A DNA stretch of 64,000 bases, from assembly GCA_964523795.1 (NCBI GenBank), contig CAZGAO010000017.1, forward strand, positions 15 through 64,014, written 5' to 3'. The stretch's first letter is position 1; every line of letters begins with the position of its first letter. This DNA comes from an uncultured Lentimicrobiaceae bacterium. Its GTDB lineage: Bacteria > Bacteroidota > Bacteroidia > Bacteroidales > 4484-276. The notes beneath the pieces are model-generated. The model was given only the letters and a program-made list of their open reading frames with translations, had not been told where the DNA came from and ran no database searches. The position numbers and the translations under genes were made by a program. Shown here one piece after another: positions 36,271 to 46,722 of this stretch.

Positions 36271-37341
36271 ATGCGTAAAATGGGAATCAGGCAAATTCAT
36301 AGTTTTCTTTCTTTCACCAGTTTGCTGAAGTTGCTTATTGGATTGGCTATTGCGGTGCAGCTTATTGTTATTTCATACAATCATTTTAGCGGGTATTATG
36401 TGCTTGATGGTTCCATGCACTTTTTTACCCGTCTATTAAGAGGGTTTTTACTGAGTTTACTCGCCGCATTTTTAATTGCATATCCTGATTTATTCGTAAT
36501 TCAATACATGAATAAAATTGCACCGTGGAGCAAAAATGCGCTTAAAAGAATTCCTATACAGCTTAGTTTTACAGTGCTTATTGCGGTAGTTATTTCGATT
36601 CTCATTACATCATTTGCCAATTGGGTGAATGCTTACACAGAAGATTTGGCGGGCGTTTACCGTTCAAATATTTTTATCTATGCTGTAGTTAATGTCGTTG
36701 TAGTTGCTGTTTTGGAAGCGTGGGTATTTTTCATAGAAAGCGATCGGGCCACACAAAAAGCGGAGCACCTGCAGGAAGAATTATCACAAATCAAGTTTGA
36801 GGTATTAAAAAGTCAGATAAATCCTCATTTTATGTTTAATAGCCTAAATGTACTTTCAGGATTAATAGATACGGATACCAAAAAAGCACAATTATTTATT
36901 GATGAATTTTCGCAAATTTATCGATACGTGCTTGAAGCCATCGAAAAGAAAGTTACCCCATTGAGTAAAGAACTGGAATTTATGCGATCCTATTTGTTTT
37001 TGCAACAAATGCGATATGGGGATACGCTATCCTATTCCGTTGATATTCCTTCGGAGCATCTTAAATTATTTTTACCACCACTTTCATTGCAGGTCTTGCT
37101 CGAAAATGCAATAAAACACAACATTGTAAACGAGGCAAAACCACTTAGAATCGATGTTTTTTGTGAGGGTTCATTTTTATTAGTAAAAAACAATCTGCAA
37201 CCTAAGATATCGGGGCACTCAACCGGGTTAGGCCTTAAGAACCTTGTAAAGCGGTATGCTTTAATTTGTGAAATAGAACCAACTTTCAGGCTTGAAAAAG
37301 ATTTTTATGTTGCTAAAATTCCATTAATAAATATCGATTGA
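36271..37341 (+). CDS. sensor histidine kinase, LytS/YehU family
   Basis: Multi-TM N-terminus; LKSQINPHFMFNSLNVLSGLI (His_kinase PF06580-type H box); LLENAIKHN (N box). Confidence 0.85.
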   Translation: MRKMGIRQIHSFLSFTSLLKLLIGLAIAVQLIVISYNHFSGYYVLDGSMHFFTRLLRGFLLSLLAAFLIAYPDLFVIQYMNKIAPWSKNALKRIPIQLSFTVLIAVVISILITSFANWVNAYTEDLAGVYRSNIFIYAVVNVVVVAVLEAWVFFIESDRATQKAEHLQEELSQIKFEVLKSQINPHFMFNSLNVLSGLIDTDTKKAQLFIDEFSQIYRYVLEAIEKKVTPLSKELEFMRSYLFLQQMRYGDTLSYSVDIPSEHLKLFLPPLSLQVLLENAIKHNIVNEAKPLRIDVFCEGSFLLVKNNLQPKISGHSTGLGLKNLVKRYALICEIEPTFRLEKDFYVAKIPLINID

Positions 37342-37342
37342 G

Positions 37343-38098
37343 ATGAACGTATTAATAATAGAAGACGAAAGTGTTGCAGCAGAAAAGCTGGAATCGATGC
37401 TGACCGAAATCGACCCAACTATCGAAGTCTTGGACAAGCTGGGGTCGATTAAAGAATCGACGAAGTGGCTTTTTAAAAACAATGCCGATCTTATTTTTTT
37501 GGATATCCAGCTCTCCGATGGGATCAGCTTCAGCATATTTGATCAAATTGCCGTGAACACACCCATTATATTTACAACGGCCTACGACCAGTATGCGGTT
37601 AAAGCCTTCCAGCTCAACAGCATTTCGTACTTACTAAAACCCATTCGCAAGACTGAACTTGCTGATGCCCTTAAAAAATATGCGACGCTCAAAACCGCCT
37701 TCAGTATCGACTTTGATACAATAATGGCGCAATTACAAGGGAAAAGTCCCGATTATAAAAAGCGGTTTTTGGTTCAGATTGGCGAAAAAATTAAAAAAAT
37801 TGAGACGGCTGAAATTGCCTATTTCTATGTTTTGGAAAAAGGAGTGTATCTCAAAACATTTCAAGGAGCTTCCTTGCCCATCGATTTTTCGCTGGACAAA
37901 TTGGAGCTTATCCTGAACCCTGAAACTTTTTTCAGAATTAACCGGAAGTATATTGTAAATATGGCATCCATTAGCAATATGATTGCCTGGTCAAGGGCTA
38001 GGGTTAAACTGGAGCTTAAGCCCAAAGCCGATGATGAGACTGAAACCATTGTGAGCATCGACCGCTCTGCGGATTTTAAGAAATGGCTGAATACATAA
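37343..38098 (+). CDS. LytTR family response regulator
   Basis: Receiver domain (LIIEDE...DLIFLDIQLSDG) plus a C-terminal LytTR DNA-binding domain (FFRINRKYIVNM). Starts 2 nt after the kinase stop. Confidence 0.85.
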   Translation: MNVLIIEDESVAAEKLESMLTEIDPTIEVLDKLGSIKESTKWLFKNNADLIFLDIQLSDGISFSIFDQIAVNTPIIFTTAYDQYAVKAFQLNSISYLLKPIRKTELADALKKYATLKTAFSIDFDTIMAQLQGKSPDYKKRFLVQIGEKIKKIETAEIAYFYVLEKGVYLKTFQGASLPIDFSLDKLELILNPETFFRINRKYIVNMASISNMIAWSRARVKLELKPKADDETETIVSIDRSADFKKWLNT

Positions 38099-38169
38099 GC
38101 TGAGGATGGAAAATCCCTCATTCTATGCTCCAAACCCAACAGCCATAAAAACGCTTTCAAGCAGCTAAG

Positions 38170-38251
38170 CTGCATAATTCACAAATTTTTGTGAATTATG
38201 CAGGTTAGCCTGTACTATTCATAAATATTACAAAAGCTAATATTTATGAAT
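38170..38251. repeat. two consecutive perfect hairpins downstream of the response regulator
   Basis: ctgcataattcacaaa-tt-tttgtgaattatgcag (38170-38203) and attcataaatatt-N9-aatatttatgaat (38217-38251). No clear T-tract, so terminator function is uncertain. Confidence 0.6.
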
Positions 38252-38792
38252 ACGTCAGGCTAAACTTTTCAACTTTTTTTATTTCAGCACAATTCGCAAC
38301 AAAATATTGTTTACCTTTGGCAAACCAAATTAATGAGCACAAAGCGAATGAGGAATACTTTTATCACATTGGCCAATTACATGCTCCGTGGAAATTTCCC
38401 GGTAAGCCTGCGTTTTAAGAAAGCTTGCGGAGCGAGTTGCGGGAGATTATTGGGTAAGGAGTGGTGGATATCAAGAAATACTCGCGTACATTCGCCAAAA
38501 GATTTACGGGATTTGGTAAAGCATTCGATGATGATTTTTTTAATGATGGATAAGCGATGTTAACATACATCTCCAAAACGTGAGGAATATGTTAAACAAG
38601 AATGAAAAGCATAGAAGAAATATAATCACCTGTTAACATACACAATCGTTAGAGCCAATGCAAAGAAAAAAGACGAACAGACAGATTTTGAGACAACGAC
38701 ATACTTTGACTTAGGCTTGACATATTTTTGAAATTTTAAAATAGGGAAGCCGAAAACTAACCAGAGTAGGCGAAAAAATAAAAATTAATAAT

Positions 38793-39095
38793 ATGGCAAT
38801 TTCAGATGTACAAGACAAAGGTAGTTGGTACTACATTTTTGACAGCAATGGAAAAAAAACAGCAACCCTTGCATCTTCAACTGGGGATTTAATGGGAATA
38901 GGAAGTGACTTTATAGTTCTTCAGAAAGGTAGTTGGTATTACACTTATGATGAGAGCGGAAAGAAAATTGGTACGCTTGCAAGTTCATCAGGGGATTTTA
39001 AGAATGCAGCAGGAAACTCTTTTAATTTGAAAAAAGGTAGTTGGATTTATACATATGATAAATCCTGCAAAAAAACAGGAACAAGAGCAGCATAG
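38793..39095 (+). CDS. hypothetical 100-aa protein made of 2.6 tandem 36-aa repeats (KGSWYYxxDxxGKKxxTLASSxGD)
   Basis: 108-nt DNA period with repeat starts at 38817, 38925 and 39033. No signal peptide. The GSWYY.FD.NGKK motif is reminiscent of cell-wall/choline-binding beta-hairpin repeats. Confidence 0.6.
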   Translation: MAISDVQDKGSWYYIFDSNGKKTATLASSTGDLMGIGSDFIVLQKGSWYYTYDESGKKIGTLASSSGDFKNAAGNSFNLKKGSWIYTYDKSCKKTGTRAA

Positions 39096-39100
39096 ACAAG

Positions 39101-39131
39101 ATATGCGGTGGTTTGACCACCGCATATTAAT
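39101..39131 (+). terminator. rho-independent terminator
   Basis: atatgcggtgg-tttga-ccaccgcatat followed by taatttt. Confidence 0.55.
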
Positions 39132-39158
39132 TTTAAAATTTAATAATTGGCAACAAAT

Positions 39159-40850
39159 ATGGAAGCATCAACAACCGTAAATAAAATGTTAGCAGGGAAT
39201 AAGATATTTGTTCCTACTTATCAACGAGCTTATTCTTGGGATACAGAATTTGACAAAAGTAAAACACCAAAACAAGTAAATGTATTTTTGACTGATTTAG
39301 AAGATTACAATAAAAGTTCAGCTATAACATCCTATTATTTTGGTCATTTTCTGTTTGAAGAAAAATCAGAAAGCAATTTTGGAGTTATTGACGGACAGCA
39401 ACGATTAACAACGATTGTTATTTTTCTTTCTACCTTATTTTCAAAATTAAAATCAATTCGACTATTAACTGAAAACGAAGAAGTGCTTTTTGAAAATATG
39501 ATTAAGCGTAAATCAAATTACATTTTTTCAACTGTTGATTATGACAATCAGTTGTTTAAAGACTATGTAGTTGAGCAAACCAAAAAAAATAAAAATGGAT
39601 TGGAAACTGAATCAGCGAAACGAATAGTTAATGCTTTCGACTTCTTTACAAAAGCCTTATCCGACAAGGACGAAGTTTATTTGTCTAAAATGCTAAAAAC
39701 AGTAAATGAAGCATCTTGCTCAACACATCCAGTTAAAAATGAATCCGAAGCAATTCAAATGTTCATTTTTCAAAACAATCGTGGAAAGAAGCCCTCAAAC
39801 TTAGAAATTATAAAAGCTCAGTTTATGTTTAATGTTCATCTTTACGGTGGAGATGAAAAAGACAGCTTAATTGATGAAATAAAAAATAGATTTGAAAAAA
39901 TATATAAATCAATTTCGTCTATCGAATACAAAATTAACGAAGATGATGTTTTGGTTTACACTTTGAGAGTTCATTTCAACTCACTTTGGGAATCAAATGC
40001 AATAGACAAAATCAATAAACTTTTATCGGAAAACAATCCAATTCCTTTTATCAAATCATTTACAAATTCGCTTGCAATTAGCTTTGAACATTTAACTACA
40101 TTTTTCGGAAAGGACGAAAGAGAAAATATTGAAATTCATTCCCTTATAACATTAGGTGGTTTTGCAATAGCAATTCCATTTGTAATTAAAGCTTATACTT
40201 TCGGACTTCAAACAAATGAAATATGTAAGATTTGTTCGACAATGGAAGCGTTAGTTTTACGTCATAGACTTATTGGAACAAGGGCAGAAATGACATCAAG
40301 AATTAATGGCATTTTTCAAGAATTTAATGCAGAACATCCTGATACAAAACCAATAATTGACAGAATTGAATGGATGAAAACGACAACTGATTGGTGGTGG
40401 GCATATTGGAATAAATCACATTTAGAAGAATCAATACAAGGTGGATTAAATCATTCAATTGCAAAATTCTTACTATGGAAATATGAAAATTATCTTGAAA
40501 GTAATGGACAGTCAGGTTATATTTTAAAAAGATTTGACAACATAGAAAGTCCTGAATTAGAACATATTGCTCCATCAACTGAACCAGTCCTTAAACCTCA
40601 CGGATATGGAGAATATAATGATGAATTTAGAAATGAATACCTTAATTGCTTAGGGAACTATTTGCTTTTATCAAAATCACATAATTGTTCTGCAAGTAAT
40701 AATACTTTTCCTATTAAAAGAAAGGACTATACCTATCTTGCTCAACAAAGAGAAATCAGTGATATGACAAAAGAAACAGAGATTTGGGATAAGGAAAAAA
40801 TTAGTTTTCGGAAACAAAAAATAGTGAAATTTATACTTGAAAACTTATAG
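39159..40850 (+). CDS. DUF262 + DUF1524 protein (GmrSD-like, candidate modification-dependent nuclease)
   Basis: N-terminal FVPTYQRAYSW and IDGQQRLTTIVIFL (DUF262 / ParB-like NTPase). C-terminal ELEHIAPS ... LGNYLLLSKSHNCSASNN (DUF1524 His-Me finger). The ATG at 39159 is preferred over the TTG at 39147. The segment is AT-rich. Confidence 0.8.
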   Translation: MEASTTVNKMLAGNKIFVPTYQRAYSWDTEFDKSKTPKQVNVFLTDLEDYNKSSAITSYYFGHFLFEEKSESNFGVIDGQQRLTTIVIFLSTLFSKLKSIRLLTENEEVLFENMIKRKSNYIFSTVDYDNQLFKDYVVEQTKKNKNGLETESAKRIVNAFDFFTKALSDKDEVYLSKMLKTVNEASCSTHPVKNESEAIQMFIFQNNRGKKPSNLEIIKAQFMFNVHLYGGDEKDSLIDEIKNRFEKIYKSISSIEYKINEDDVLVYTLRVHFNSLWESNAIDKINKLLSENNPIPFIKSFTNSLAISFEHLTTFFGKDERENIEIHSLITLGGFAIAIPFVIKAYTFGLQTNEICKICSTMEALVLRHRLIGTRAEMTSRINGIFQEFNAEHPDTKPIIDRIEWMKTTTDWWWAYWNKSHLEESIQGGLNHSIAKFLLWKYENYLESNGQSGYILKRFDNIESPELEHIAPSTEPVLKPHGYGEYNDEFRNEYLNCLGNYLLLSKSHNCSASNNTFPIKRKDYTYLAQQREISDMTKETEIWDKEKISFRKQKIVKFILENL

Positions 40851-41253
40851 AAACAACAAGCACAGGCTCTAACAATGTATATAAAAAATAAGCGAGATAG
40901 TAGTAATATCAAGGCTTGTAGCCCATTTTAACTCTCTTGTAAGTTGAAAGTTTTGTGCTTCGGAATCGCTTACTTTTCATATACTAACCGTTTTCATTTA
41001 TAATTCCTTAATCCCTTTTCCAAAGCCATAATGCATAGCACTTTTATGTGCAAGGGTCAGCATTCTCCGAAATGGCAGGTGTTCCTTCGTCAAACACTAA
41101 CATTTTTATGGCTCTCCTTCTTCCGATTTTAGGGAGGGGGTCAGCTTAGTCCGGGATATCCAAGGATGCGGGATTTGTTTCTACCTATCATATTCAAATA
41201 AAAATTTGTATTTTTAGCCCTTCAAATTTATTCACATTAAAATTACAAAACTT

Positions 41254-44200
41254 ATGAAAAATCTCTTCTTTACACTTTTAACGCTTTTTGCCTTTCAGGT
41301 GCTGCTTGCACAAAAAGGCTTCGATGTGAGCTACAGCTACCCCGATTCGCGAAGCATCGAAATCGAGTTTGCACTCGATGGCTATGCGGTGGATGATCTA
41401 AGCGAAGCAGGTGTCTTGTACAAGCAAATTATTTCGGATATGCCGCTACACAGCCAAAAAGCAGGCTGGGCCGAGCTGCCCTACATGACGGCGGCTCTGC
41501 AACTCGATAATTTAAAAAATTATTCCATTCAGTTTGTTGAGGGCGACTGGACTGATTTACACTTAAACACCCCCCTCCTACCCTCCCGTGGCGTAATTTA
41601 CCGCGATCAGGATCCCTCGGCAATTCCTTATCAAATCGATCCGGCCTCCCTTGTCGATCGTTTTTATCCGGCCATCGAATGCGAAATGATCGAGCCTTAC
41701 ATTATTAAAGATGTGCGTGCTGCTACCGTAATGGCATATCCTTTTAGATACAATGCTGCTAAACAGACCCTGCGCGTGTATCGCTCGATGACTATTCGGC
41801 TGGTTCAGAATGATGAAGATCCTTTAAATCCGCTATACCAAAGCCAGGCCCTTCCGCTACGCGAGATGATAGGGATTTACCAAAGTGCTTTTATAAATTA
41901 CGAAGTCCCCGAAGACTTGACCATTGCCGATAATGGCGAAATTTTGGTGATTACCACCGCCCGCGATGAAACCGCCATGCAGCCTTACATCGACTGGAAA
42001 ACCGAAAAGGGCTTTGTGGTACACAAAGAAGTGGTGGCCACCGGAACCAACGTGGATAATCTGGTGCAAAGCAGCTACGATGCCAACAACAATATTTTGT
42101 ATGTTTTGCTGGTGGGCGACTGGGCGGATATAAAATGCGCCAACAGCGGCGGCACACCGCAAGACCCCCAAACCGGCTGTGTGGTAGGCAGCGACAACTA
42201 TTTCGACATCAGCATCGGGCGGCTTGCGGCCGGCTCGGCTTCGGATGTTAGCGTGCAGGTGAACAAAATTATCAGCTACGAAAAAGAACCCGACATGGGC
42301 GCATCGTGGTACGAAACTTCTACGGGAATCGCCAGCAGCCAGGGTACCGGCGACGACGGTGAGTACGACAATGAACATATCCAGATTATTTACGACGATA
42401 AGCACGAGCCTTTCACCTACAACCTTTTCAACGATATTTACGATCCTGTGGCAAATACCACCATGGTAAGCGCCGCCCTGGAAACGGGAACCAGCGTTAT
42501 CAATTATTGCGGCCATGGCTCATCCACTTCCTGGGGTAGCTCGGGTTTTAGCAATAGCAATATCGCATCGCTGACCAATGGCAGCAAGTTGCCCATCATT
42601 TTTTCGGTGGCTTGTGTTAACGGTGCCTATCATTCCACCTACTGCTTTGCCGAGGCCTGGATGAACCAGAATGGCGGCGGTGCGGTGGCCACGCTTATGT
42701 CAACCATCAACCAGGCCTGGGATCCACCCATGCGCGGGCAGGATTATTTTAACGACCTGCTTATTGGTGGTTACGATTATGATGCTCATCCCGGCCAAAA
42801 CGGGATCTCGACTACCGAAGGCCGTCATAGCTTTGGCTCGATCGTTTTCAACGGCCTGGTGCTGATGATTACCGAATCGCCCGGCGACCTGGAAACGGCC
42901 AACACCTGGATATTATTTGGCGACCCCGCCATGCAGGTGCGAACAGCCACACCGGCCAGCCTTACCTATTCGAATAATGTGATGCTGGTAGGCACAGCCT
43001 TCGAGACTAACGTTTATAAAGCCGGAGTTCCCATGCAAGGAGCCATGCTTGCGCTTTCGCAGGATGGCACTACCCACTCGGCAATCAGCGATGCCTCAGG
43101 CTTTATTTCTATCCCCAACGATTTCCTGCCGGGCGATGTGCAGATTGTGATCACCGGATTTAACTGCGAAACGGTTTATGAAACCATCCAGTGTATTCCG
43201 CCAACAGGGCCTTATGTTATTTTTGATACTTATGTTTTAAATGATGTAAATGGAAACAATAATGGCATTCTGGAATATTTTGATGGTGCTGTTAATTTGG
43301 ATTTTAGTATGAAAAATGTAGGTGTTGAAAATTCGGTAAATGTGGTCGTTACAATCTCCTCGGACGATCCTTACATTACCATTAGCGATAACAGCGAAAA
43401 CTTTGGCACGATCAATGCTGGCGAGGCTGTTAATGTAATCAACGCCTTTGCCTTTGAGGTGGCCGGCGATGTGCCCGAGGGGCATTCCATCATGTTTGAT
43501 GTGGTGGCTGTGGCCGAAGAAACCTGGGAGAGTACCTGCGCTATCATGGCTTATTCGGCACTTTTGGAATACGAAAGTTTTATTATCGACGACAGCCAGG
43601 GAAACAACAATGGAATCCTGGATCCCGGCGAAACCGCAAGCCTGGTAGTAAGCATTGCCAACAATGGTTCTGCCGATGCCTTTGGTGTATTTGGCAGTCT
43701 CGAAAGCCTGGATAGCCATGTTATGGTCAACTCCGGCGAGCCGCAGGAATTTGGCGATATTTTGGGCAATCAGAGTGGAACGGCAACCTTTAGCGTTACG
43801 GCGGTAAGTTCCATTCCCGGAGGGTATATTGCCGATTTGAACCTTAACTTTACTGCCGATTATGGCTTTGCCGGCACGGCTACCTTCGGCTTGCTTTTCC
43901 CGGATTATTGCTACGGCGAAGGCAACTGCAGTTATGGCGATGGCATCACAGGGTTTATCCTCAAAGATATCCAAAATATGGACAACGGCTGTAGTGCTGA
44001 CAACGGCCTGACTGGCTATGGCGACTTTTTGGATATGAGCACCCAGCTCGAACCTGGGCAAAGTTATACGGCCTCTTTCAAAACCGGATACTCCAATCAA
44101 TATCTTTGCCTATGGATCGATTTTGACGATGATAAAGAATTTGAGACCGATGAACGATTAATTTCCGACCTTGTTCTTGCAAATGCCAACCAGGTTTATA

Positions 44201-45129
44201 CCGCCGAAATCACTCTCCCGACCAATGTGCCAACAGGTCAAAAGCGGATGCGTGTTCGCGCCCAATGGCAGAATAGTGCCATCGATCCCTGCGAAGACTG
44301 GAGCTATGGCGAAACCGAAGATTACACTGTGATTATTGGCCAGCCGCCTTATATGCCCCCACCCGTAAATCTTACGGCACAGCTTAGCGGCAACGATGTT
44401 AGCCTGAACTGGGATGAGCCCGAAAGACTAGAGATGCTTGGCTACAATGTATATCGCGATGGCGAAATGCTGGCACAGATGCTTACTGTAAATACCATGA
44501 TGGATGGGGATTGCCCCGATGGTAGCTACTGGTACGCGGTTACCTGCGTTTATGCCGAAGGGGAATCGGATCATTGCAGCCCGGTGCAGGTAAATATTGG
44601 CGACTTTGCGGGTAAGATCCAAGGCTTTGTGCGCGATGCCACCACCAACATCACCATCCAGGATGCCTGGGTTTCGGCCCTAAATGCTGACTTTGGCGCA
44701 GTAAATTACCAAACGCCTTTTGGCGGCCATTATACCTTGACTCTTCCGGGCGGAACTTATGATGTGGTGTGCCAGGCCAACGGTTATCAGGATTCCTTTG
44801 TGGAGAATGTTGTGCTGGAGGATTATGGCACACAAAGTATTAATTTCTATCTCCTTCCGGATACTTATGAGGAAATCCTTACCGGAATTATGGATGTTGA
44901 CAAAAAAGGTATTCAAATGTATCCCAATCCGGCTGATGACATTTTAAATCTGCGAATTTCGGCAAACAGCCAAATTCTTATTTTCAGCCATACCGGCCAA
45001 AAAGTATTAGCCCTGGTTAGTTTGACCGGCGAAGAAAAAATCAACTTAAACAGCTTTGAATCCGGCATTTATCTGGTTCGGATTATTTCGGGCAATCGCA
45101 GCTACCACGAAAAGCTGATTGTGAAATAG
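41254..45129 (+). CDS. peptidase C25 (gingipain-like cysteine peptidase) with GEVED, Fn3-like and CarbopepD_reg-like modules and T9SS CTD
   Basis: YVLLVGDWADI, YCGHGSSTSWG (catalytic His) and IFSVACVNGAY (catalytic Cys). RVRAQWQNSAIDPCEDWSYGETEDYTVII is a GEVED domain. GKIQGFVRDATTN...GGTYDVVCQANGYQ follows. C-terminus IQMYPNPADDILNLRI...GIYLVRII...KLIVK. Confidence 0.85.
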   Translation: MKNLFFTLLTLFAFQVLLAQKGFDVSYSYPDSRSIEIEFALDGYAVDDLSEAGVLYKQIISDMPLHSQKAGWAELPYMTAALQLDNLKNYSIQFVEGDWTDLHLNTPLLPSRGVIYRDQDPSAIPYQIDPASLVDRFYPAIECEMIEPYIIKDVRAATVMAYPFRYNAAKQTLRVYRSMTIRLVQNDEDPLNPLYQSQALPLREMIGIYQSAFINYEVPEDLTIADNGEILVITTARDETAMQPYIDWKTEKGFVVHKEVVATGTNVDNLVQSSYDANNNILYVLLVGDWADIKCANSGGTPQDPQTGCVVGSDNYFDISIGRLAAGSASDVSVQVNKIISYEKEPDMGASWYETSTGIASSQGTGDDGEYDNEHIQIIYDDKHEPFTYNLFNDIYDPVANTTMVSAALETGTSVINYCGHGSSTSWGSSGFSNSNIASLTNGSKLPIIFSVACVNGAYHSTYCFAEAWMNQNGGGAVATLMSTINQAWDPPMRGQDYFNDLLIGGYDYDAHPGQNGISTTEGRHSFGSIVFNGLVLMITESPGDLETANTWILFGDPAMQVRTATPASLTYSNNVMLVGTAFETNVYKAGVPMQGAMLALSQDGTTHSAISDASGFISIPNDFLPGDVQIVITGFNCETVYETIQCIPPTGPYVIFDTYVLNDVNGNNNGILEYFDGAVNLDFSMKNVGVENSVNVVVTISSDDPYITISDNSENFGTINAGEAVNVINAFAFEVAGDVPEGHSIMFDVVAVAEETWESTCAIMAYSALLEYESFIIDDSQGNNNGILDPGETASLVVSIANNGSADAFGVFGSLESLDSHVMVNSGEPQEFGDILGNQSGTATFSVTAVSSIPGGYIADLNLNFTADYGFAGTATFGLLFPDYCYGEGNCSYGDGITGFILKDIQNMDNGCSADNGLTGYGDFLDMSTQLEPGQSYTASFKTGYSNQYLCLWIDFDDDKEFETDERLISDLVLANANQVYTAEITLPTNVPTGQKRMRVRAQWQNSAIDPCEDWSYGETEDYTVIIGQPPYMPPPVNLTAQLSGNDVSLNWDEPERLEMLGYNVYRDGEMLAQMLTVNTMMDGDCPDGSYWYAVTCVYAEGESDHCSPVQVNIGDFAGKIQGFVRDATTNITIQDAWVSALNADFGAVNYQTPFGGHYTLTLPGGTYDVVCQANGYQDSFVENVVLEDYGTQSINFYLLPDTYEEILTGIMDVDKKGIQMYPNPADDILNLRISANSQILIFSHTGQKVLALVSLTGEEKINLNSFESGIYLVRIISGNRSYHEKLIVK

Positions 45130-45155
45130 TGAAGGATACTACATAATATTTTTAC

Positions 45156-45186
45156 CAAAACCCCGGCTCGTTGAGTTGGGGTTTTG
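45156..45186 (+). terminator. hairpin terminator after the C25 peptidase gene
   Basis: caaaacccc-N13-ggggttttg. Confidence 0.5.
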
Positions 45187-45312
45187 TTAGCTCTGCATAG
45201 ATAATCGTGTTTTTTCCGAACTCCTGACTTATCGTAATTACTATGTCGCATTTAAAATCCTTTGTGATACTTTGAGCCTTCGAGCCTTTGTGGCAAATTA
45301 TTGATCCATAGC

Positions 45313-45345
45313 CACTAAGACTCAAAGACACTAAGAAACACTAAG
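45313..45345. repeat. short-period block cactaag x3 (cactaagactcaaagacactaagaaacactaag)
   Basis: Read directly from the sequence. Same style as the other low-complexity word blocks in intergenic regions. Confidence 0.7.
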
Positions 45346-45556
45346 CTGATCAGTATGAATTTTACGGCATTTAGATTTACGATAAGATTGTTATAACTCT
45401 TTGATTTTAATCTTAAGGGTCAGGAGGTCTGTATTTAATAAATCAGTAATAATTGGATTTATGAAATTTGAATTTACAGGCTCGGTATTTTCTACACAAA
45501 TTACTCAACAAAAATAATTATTTACATTTGATACTATCAAATGAAACTATACTAAT

Positions 45557-46414
45557 ATGAAAAACTTAATAGGTGTCCTTTTCATGGCCTTTGTTTTCGT
45601 TGCCTGCCAACGCAGCTCTGAGCAAAGTACGCTGTCGCAGGATGGGCTGAAAGTAAGTTACAACGATCAGGGTAGCGGAGATACCGCCCTGGTTTTTGTG
45701 CACGGCTGGTCGTGTGATAAATCTTACTGGGAAAATCAAATACCGGCCTTTAGCGACCGTTACCGGGTAGTTACGCTGGATTATGGTGGCCATGGAAACT
45801 CAGGGTCAAACCGGGAGAACTTTACTATCGCTTCCTTTGGCAATGATGTAGTGGCTGTGGTTGAAAAACTCCATCTCGATCCGGTGATTCTTATCGGCCA
45901 TTCGATGGGTGGTGTGGTGATCGTGGATGCAGCTTCAAAAATACCTGATCGCGTATTGGCACTTGTGGGAGTGGATACTTATATTCAATTCAGCGATACT
46001 ACTTTTACAAGCGCGATGTTCAAGAGTTACACCGCACCTTTTTATCAAGATTTTCGCGGCCGCACCAAAAGTTTTGTGCGCGATATGTTCGCGGCCAATG
46101 CCGACACAACCCTGGTTAACCGGATTGCCAAAGATATGGCTTCGGCTGATAGCATTGTGGCCATGCAGGCTTTTGAGAGCATGTTCGGCTTTGGCGAGGA
46201 AATCGAGAATAAACTCCTCGAAATGAAAATTCCGGTTTATGCCGTAAATGCAGATTTGTGGCCAACAAATGAGGCTTATAACCGGAACATTGTGCCCGAC
46301 TTCAGCGTAAAATATATGAAGGGTTATGGCCATTTTATCATGCTCGAAAACACGGAACTTTTCAATCGATTGCTGCAAGAGACTATTGATGAGATGCAAG
46401 ATAAATTTGAATAA
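45557..46414 (+). CDS. alpha/beta hydrolase lipoprotein
   Basis: Lipobox FVFVAC; HG oxyanion motif (VFVHGW); nucleophile elbow GHSMGG; C-terminal GHF (catalytic His region). Confidence 0.8.
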   Translation: MKNLIGVLFMAFVFVACQRSSEQSTLSQDGLKVSYNDQGSGDTALVFVHGWSCDKSYWENQIPAFSDRYRVVTLDYGGHGNSGSNRENFTIASFGNDVVAVVEKLHLDPVILIGHSMGGVVIVDAASKIPDRVLALVGVDTYIQFSDTTFTSAMFKSYTAPFYQDFRGRTKSFVRDMFAANADTTLVNRIAKDMASADSIVAMQAFESMFGFGEEIENKLLEMKIPVYAVNADLWPTNEAYNRNIVPDFSVKYMKGYGHFIMLENTELFNRLLQETIDEMQDKFE

Positions 46415-46722
46415 TTTGTCGATTATTGTCTTTTTAGATTGCCCCTAAGTTTTGGATTTTTCGTTCACAGAATGATAAAAAATAAATGAATATCCAGAAA
46501 TTTATCTATGAATAAATAAACGCTAAATCATTATTTTATACGCCTTCATAATACGAATATTGACCCACCAATCATTATTTAACTTAATATTAACAGTTTG
46601 CCTTAGTAATTTTTGATTTGTTAATAATTGCCCATCCGATTAATCCCCTTCTTTGATGATTATCAAAATATTAGAATTTCATTCAGGCTATATTTTTTTA
46701 ATTTATACTAAAAATTATACTT

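Noticed and set aside
38333-38563. 76-aa ORF in the AT-rich islet
   Set aside because: No recognisable motif or ribosome-binding context. Neighbouring frames contain equally protein-like fragments, so at best it is a gene remnant. Not called as a CDS.
41857-44100. 219-aa and 287-aa minus-strand ORFs inside the C25 peptidase gene
   Set aside because: Antisense shadows. The plus-strand frame carries the catalytic His/Cys, GEVED and T9SS motifs.
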